Assembly: GCA_963693055.1 (NCBI GenBank)
Contig: OY843751.1
Location: forward strand, 4,064,001 to 4,128,000
Direction of reading: 5' to 3'
From: a bacterium
GTDB lineage: Bacteria > Zhuqueibacterota > Zhuqueibacteria > Residuimicrobiales > Krinioviventaceae
Length of the DNA stretch: 64,000 bases
Shown: piece after piece, positions 61,602-64,000 of the stretch
How the letters are laid out: each line of letters opens with the position of its first letter
Numbering within the stretch: position 1 is the stretch's first letter
The notes under the pieces: generated by a model
What the model saw: the letters and a program-made list of their open reading frames with translations, nothing else
What the model was told of the DNA's origin: nothing
The model's database searches: none
Translations under genes and position numbers: made by a program

Positions 61602-62099
61602 CTACTTTTTTCCCCTGGCAAAGGCAATTCGTTCATTCAATAATTTGACAAATTCCTGCTCATTAGCAGGTGAAATTCCATACTTTTTGTTGTTTGTCTC
61701 TATCAGGATAACATTTTTGAGCATGCTGGTAGAGTACATTTTTACATTACCTTTATCCGTGTAATACACAGTAAACAAGGTATATCCCGGCAGCTTGAAT
61801 CCTGTTGATGTAATGGAATACGCCAAATCCGTTTCAAAAAATTTTTTCATTTCAGCGAAATCAATTTCATCCTTGAATGGACCGCATTGTAATATCAGAG
61901 AATTGCTGGTTAATGTGTAACGCATTGTGGGGTAAATGATTAAGAAAAAGAATGATATAAAAAATACAGCACCCATTAAAAACACAGTAACTATATTTAA
62001 TACAACAATTCCGGCAGAATTCCATTCTACAACAGAAAGATAAAAAACAATGTGTGCTATGAAAAACAGAGGAACCAGGATTATTAAAACCCACCCCAT
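61602..62099 (-). CDS. Bacterial PH-domain membrane protein (start possibly 62134 via an A-tract frameshift)
   Basis: Two TM helices, then YTLTSNSLILQCG ... YGISPANEQEF, typical of bPH domains. Confidence 0.75.
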   Translation of the reverse strand: MGWVLIILVPLFFIAHIVFYLSVVEWNSAGIVVLNIVTVFLMGAVFFISFFFLIIYPTMRYTLTSNSLILQCGPFKDEIDFAEMKKFFETDLAYSITSTGFKLPGYTLFTVYYTDKGNVKMYSTSMLKNVILIETNNKKYGISPANEQEFVKLLNERIAFARGKK

Positions 62100-62153
62100 G
62101 AGGGATGTTCTTGGTTTAAAAACATTTTTTTCATTTTCAACTCATCAACATTG

Positions 62154-62726
62154 CTAATTCAATCGATTAGAGATATCAAACTTTTTACTGATCTCTTGTA
62201 ATTCCTGTTCTGTAATGGCATTCTCATTTAAGAGCCAGTTTAATCGCTTCAACTCACCAGCACTATCTTTATGAGGATCGATATAAAAATACTGATCACG
62301 AAGGTATTGTCTTCGATATTTATAGATTTTCTCTATAAATGCATTTACTGTATTTTCATTTGGTTTATTCTTGAACAAAAACAACCCTGTACCGCCATTC
62401 AGCATAATAATCTTGTATCGCTTTTTGGAGATTTGATAAAATGCGCCAATAATAACAGTCATTATGATCCAAAATCCCAAGGGTCTTATATTCGCCCCGG
62501 TAATTATTTCATACGCAACGCCTATTACAGAAAATACAGCAAATGAAAGTGTGATATAAAACAGACGCGCACTTTTATCATACTGGTTACGAATATTTTG
62601 GGTAATATCCTCGTAACTGACAAAATACTCGGAATCACCACTGGCATCCTTTGCGTGACATTGAATACCGTTATTTTTCAGTACAAAAGATCTTTTTTCG
62701 AATAATGTTTTTTGTTTAAATTCCAT
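62154..62726 (-). CDS. Hypothetical membrane protein (2 TM, C-terminal SHOCT-like LNWLLNENAITEQE)
   Basis: 190-aa ORF with GAGGA RBS. Confidence 0.7.
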   Translation of the reverse strand: MEFKQKTLFEKRSFVLKNNGIQCHAKDASGDSEYFVSYEDITQNIRNQYDKSARLFYITLSFAVFSVIGVAYEIITGANIRPLGFWIIMTVIIGAFYQISKKRYKIIMLNGGTGLFLFKNKPNENTVNAFIEKIYKYRRQYLRDQYFYIDPHKDSAGELKRLNWLLNENAITEQELQEISKKFDISNRLN

Positions 62727-63040
62727 ATCATCATCCTCAAATTAAGAATTCATATGCGTTTATAAATCCAGGCAACTGATTTTGGTAATACACAGTAAAC
62801 GATAATATTTATTAATGATACAAAATGATTTAAAAAAAACTTGAATTCTAACCCCGGCTGAAATCAGCGTAAACTAATAAATGAAATAAAAAATAAAGAT
62901 GCAACAGGAATATGCAAAATAGTGCCAGCTATTTCGATTTAAACACCAAAGCCCTTTGATATGCCTCAAGAAGTTGCATTCCATTTCAGGCAATACCAAA
63001 GGGCCCGTCCCATGTGGTTTATTATCACATATATGCCGAA

Positions 63041-63095
63041 CCCTTCGACACATCCCGATCCGCCAACTGGTTGACGGGATACTCAGGGCCCGGTC
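63041..63095. repeat. cccttcga...ctcagggc hairpin element (relative of 7848-7899)
   Basis: Same terminal octamers and trailing cggt; internal atcccg/cgggat stem. Confidence 0.6.
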
Positions 63096-63106
63096 TTTTA
63101 CAACTT

Positions 63107-63616
63107 TCAAGCCGGAGTAAAATAACTCCGTATATCATCATTAAATTTTTCAAGTCCCCAAAACATATATCCCTTTTCCACGATCTTGTCTACTAACGGA
63201 GCAGGATAAAACGGAGTTGTCAGTTCTAAAATTTGTCCCGGTTCCAGATCTTTAACCTCGGTAGTCACCAGTCCCAATGGATGCTCTCCCCTTTCCAGCA
63301 TGGGACGCGCGTCAATACGCTTTACAATAGTCCCGGTCTTGAACCATACCGGGGGTTCATCCTGATTTTTGTTTATATTTTTAACATCAACGGGTTCTTG
63401 CCCTGCTTTGATTCGCAAAGCATTCAACAAAGTATACAACTCGATCTTGCCAACCAAAGCTGCCTGGTTCACAGAGGTAACTTTGGCAACCGTCCGTTTC
63501 AACATGGGATTTTTTAGTTTTCTAAAAGCCGGGGCCAGTTCTATCAATGTATCTTCAAGTTGGGGAAATTCATCCAACATTTCCCCGATTTTGGTATTGG
63601 GTCTTATATCTAACAT
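63107..63616 (-). CDS. DUF1858 domain protein with C-terminal DUF2249/TusA-like domain
   Basis: ATG 63616 after AAGGAG; IRPNTKIGEMLDEFPQLEDTLIELAPAFRKLKNPMLKRTVAK; IDARPMLERGEHP...PFYPAPL. Confidence 0.8.
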   Translation of the reverse strand: MLDIRPNTKIGEMLDEFPQLEDTLIELAPAFRKLKNPMLKRTVAKVTSVNQAALVGKIELYTLLNALRIKAGQEPVDVKNINKNQDEPPVWFKTGTIVKRIDARPMLERGEHPLGLVTTEVKDLEPGQILELTTPFYPAPLVDKIVEKGYMFWGLEKFNDDIRSYFTPA

Positions 63617-63620
63617 AGTA

Positions 63621-64000
63621 CTACTCCTTGTCAGTTTCATAAGATAATAAACGCTGTTCACCTTCAAGCGCACGGTATCCGCTCAGGTCTTGCGAGACCT
63701 CCAATGTTCCCAGATACTCGCCCTGCTCATTGCGCACAGCAAAATATTCGATATGGATAAATTTACCGTCCATATTGATCCAAAATGGCGCACGACTTTG
63801 TCTACCGCTTTTAAAATCATCCAGAATCTGCTCTACAATATGTACACTACCCGGGGGATGACACATTTGTACTTTACGATTGAGAATGGTCCGGTTACGA
63901 TCAAATATACGGTGGCTGCCCTGTGAAAAGTATTTCACATTATCATCCTTGTCTACAAAGGTCATATCCACTGGCAGCGTATTGAGCATGTTTACCAGTT
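63621..64000 (-). CDS. C-terminal PAS_10 domain of a DUF438/hemerythrin-type protein (5' end outside the window)
   Basis: LPVDMTFVDKDDNVKYFS...CHPPGSVHIV..ILDDFKSG..FWI..IEYFAVR..GEYLGTLEVSQD. Confidence 0.88.
   Translation of the reverse strand, partial: LVNMLNTLPVDMTFVDKDDNVKYFSQGSHRIFDRNRTILNRKVQMCHPPGSVHIVEQILDDFKSGRQSRAPFWINMDGKFIHIEYFAVRNEQGEYLGTLEVSQDLSGYRALEGEQRLLSYETDKE

Overview
Bacterial chromosomal window, probably from an FCB-superphylum lineage such as KSB1 or Calditrichota. This is inferred from the many 'NYPNPFNPxTxI' C-terminal sorting domains and the ECF-FecR-TonB module; the taxonomy cannot be confirmed from the sequence. Gene order: truncated STN-type TonB receptor, FecR, ECF sigma; an IorAB-like molybdopterin oxidoreductase; TetR plus esterase; a SAM-dependent methyltransferase; a 20 kb tandem array of six paralogous ~1100-aa secreted proteins (11398-31563); GH99-like, GH92 and sulfatase genes; an ECF sigma/anti-sigma/Spy-like/DUF1566 module; a second TonB receptor; an MCP; an aldo-keto reductase; two paralogous beta-propeller HisKA_2 kinases; and several membrane/PAS proteins. 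The most striking feature is the six-gene array. Each protein reads signal peptide - 7-bladed propeller - FN3 - module X1 - FN3 - module X2 - PKD x2/3 - sorting domain. Variation is concentrated in aromatic-rich propeller loops and in three CDR-like segments of module X2. Framework DNA is shared among copies as exact 79-215 bp mosaic tracts, suggesting a recombination-diversified, antibody-like repertoire of surface binders. Also notable are a duplicated putative ECF promoter (CGCAAGGTTTT-N11-CGTCA) and several co-clustered families of intergenic repeats. No rRNA, tRNA, CRISPR array, transposase or reverse transcriptase was seen. All domain calls are motif recognition by eye, not database searches.
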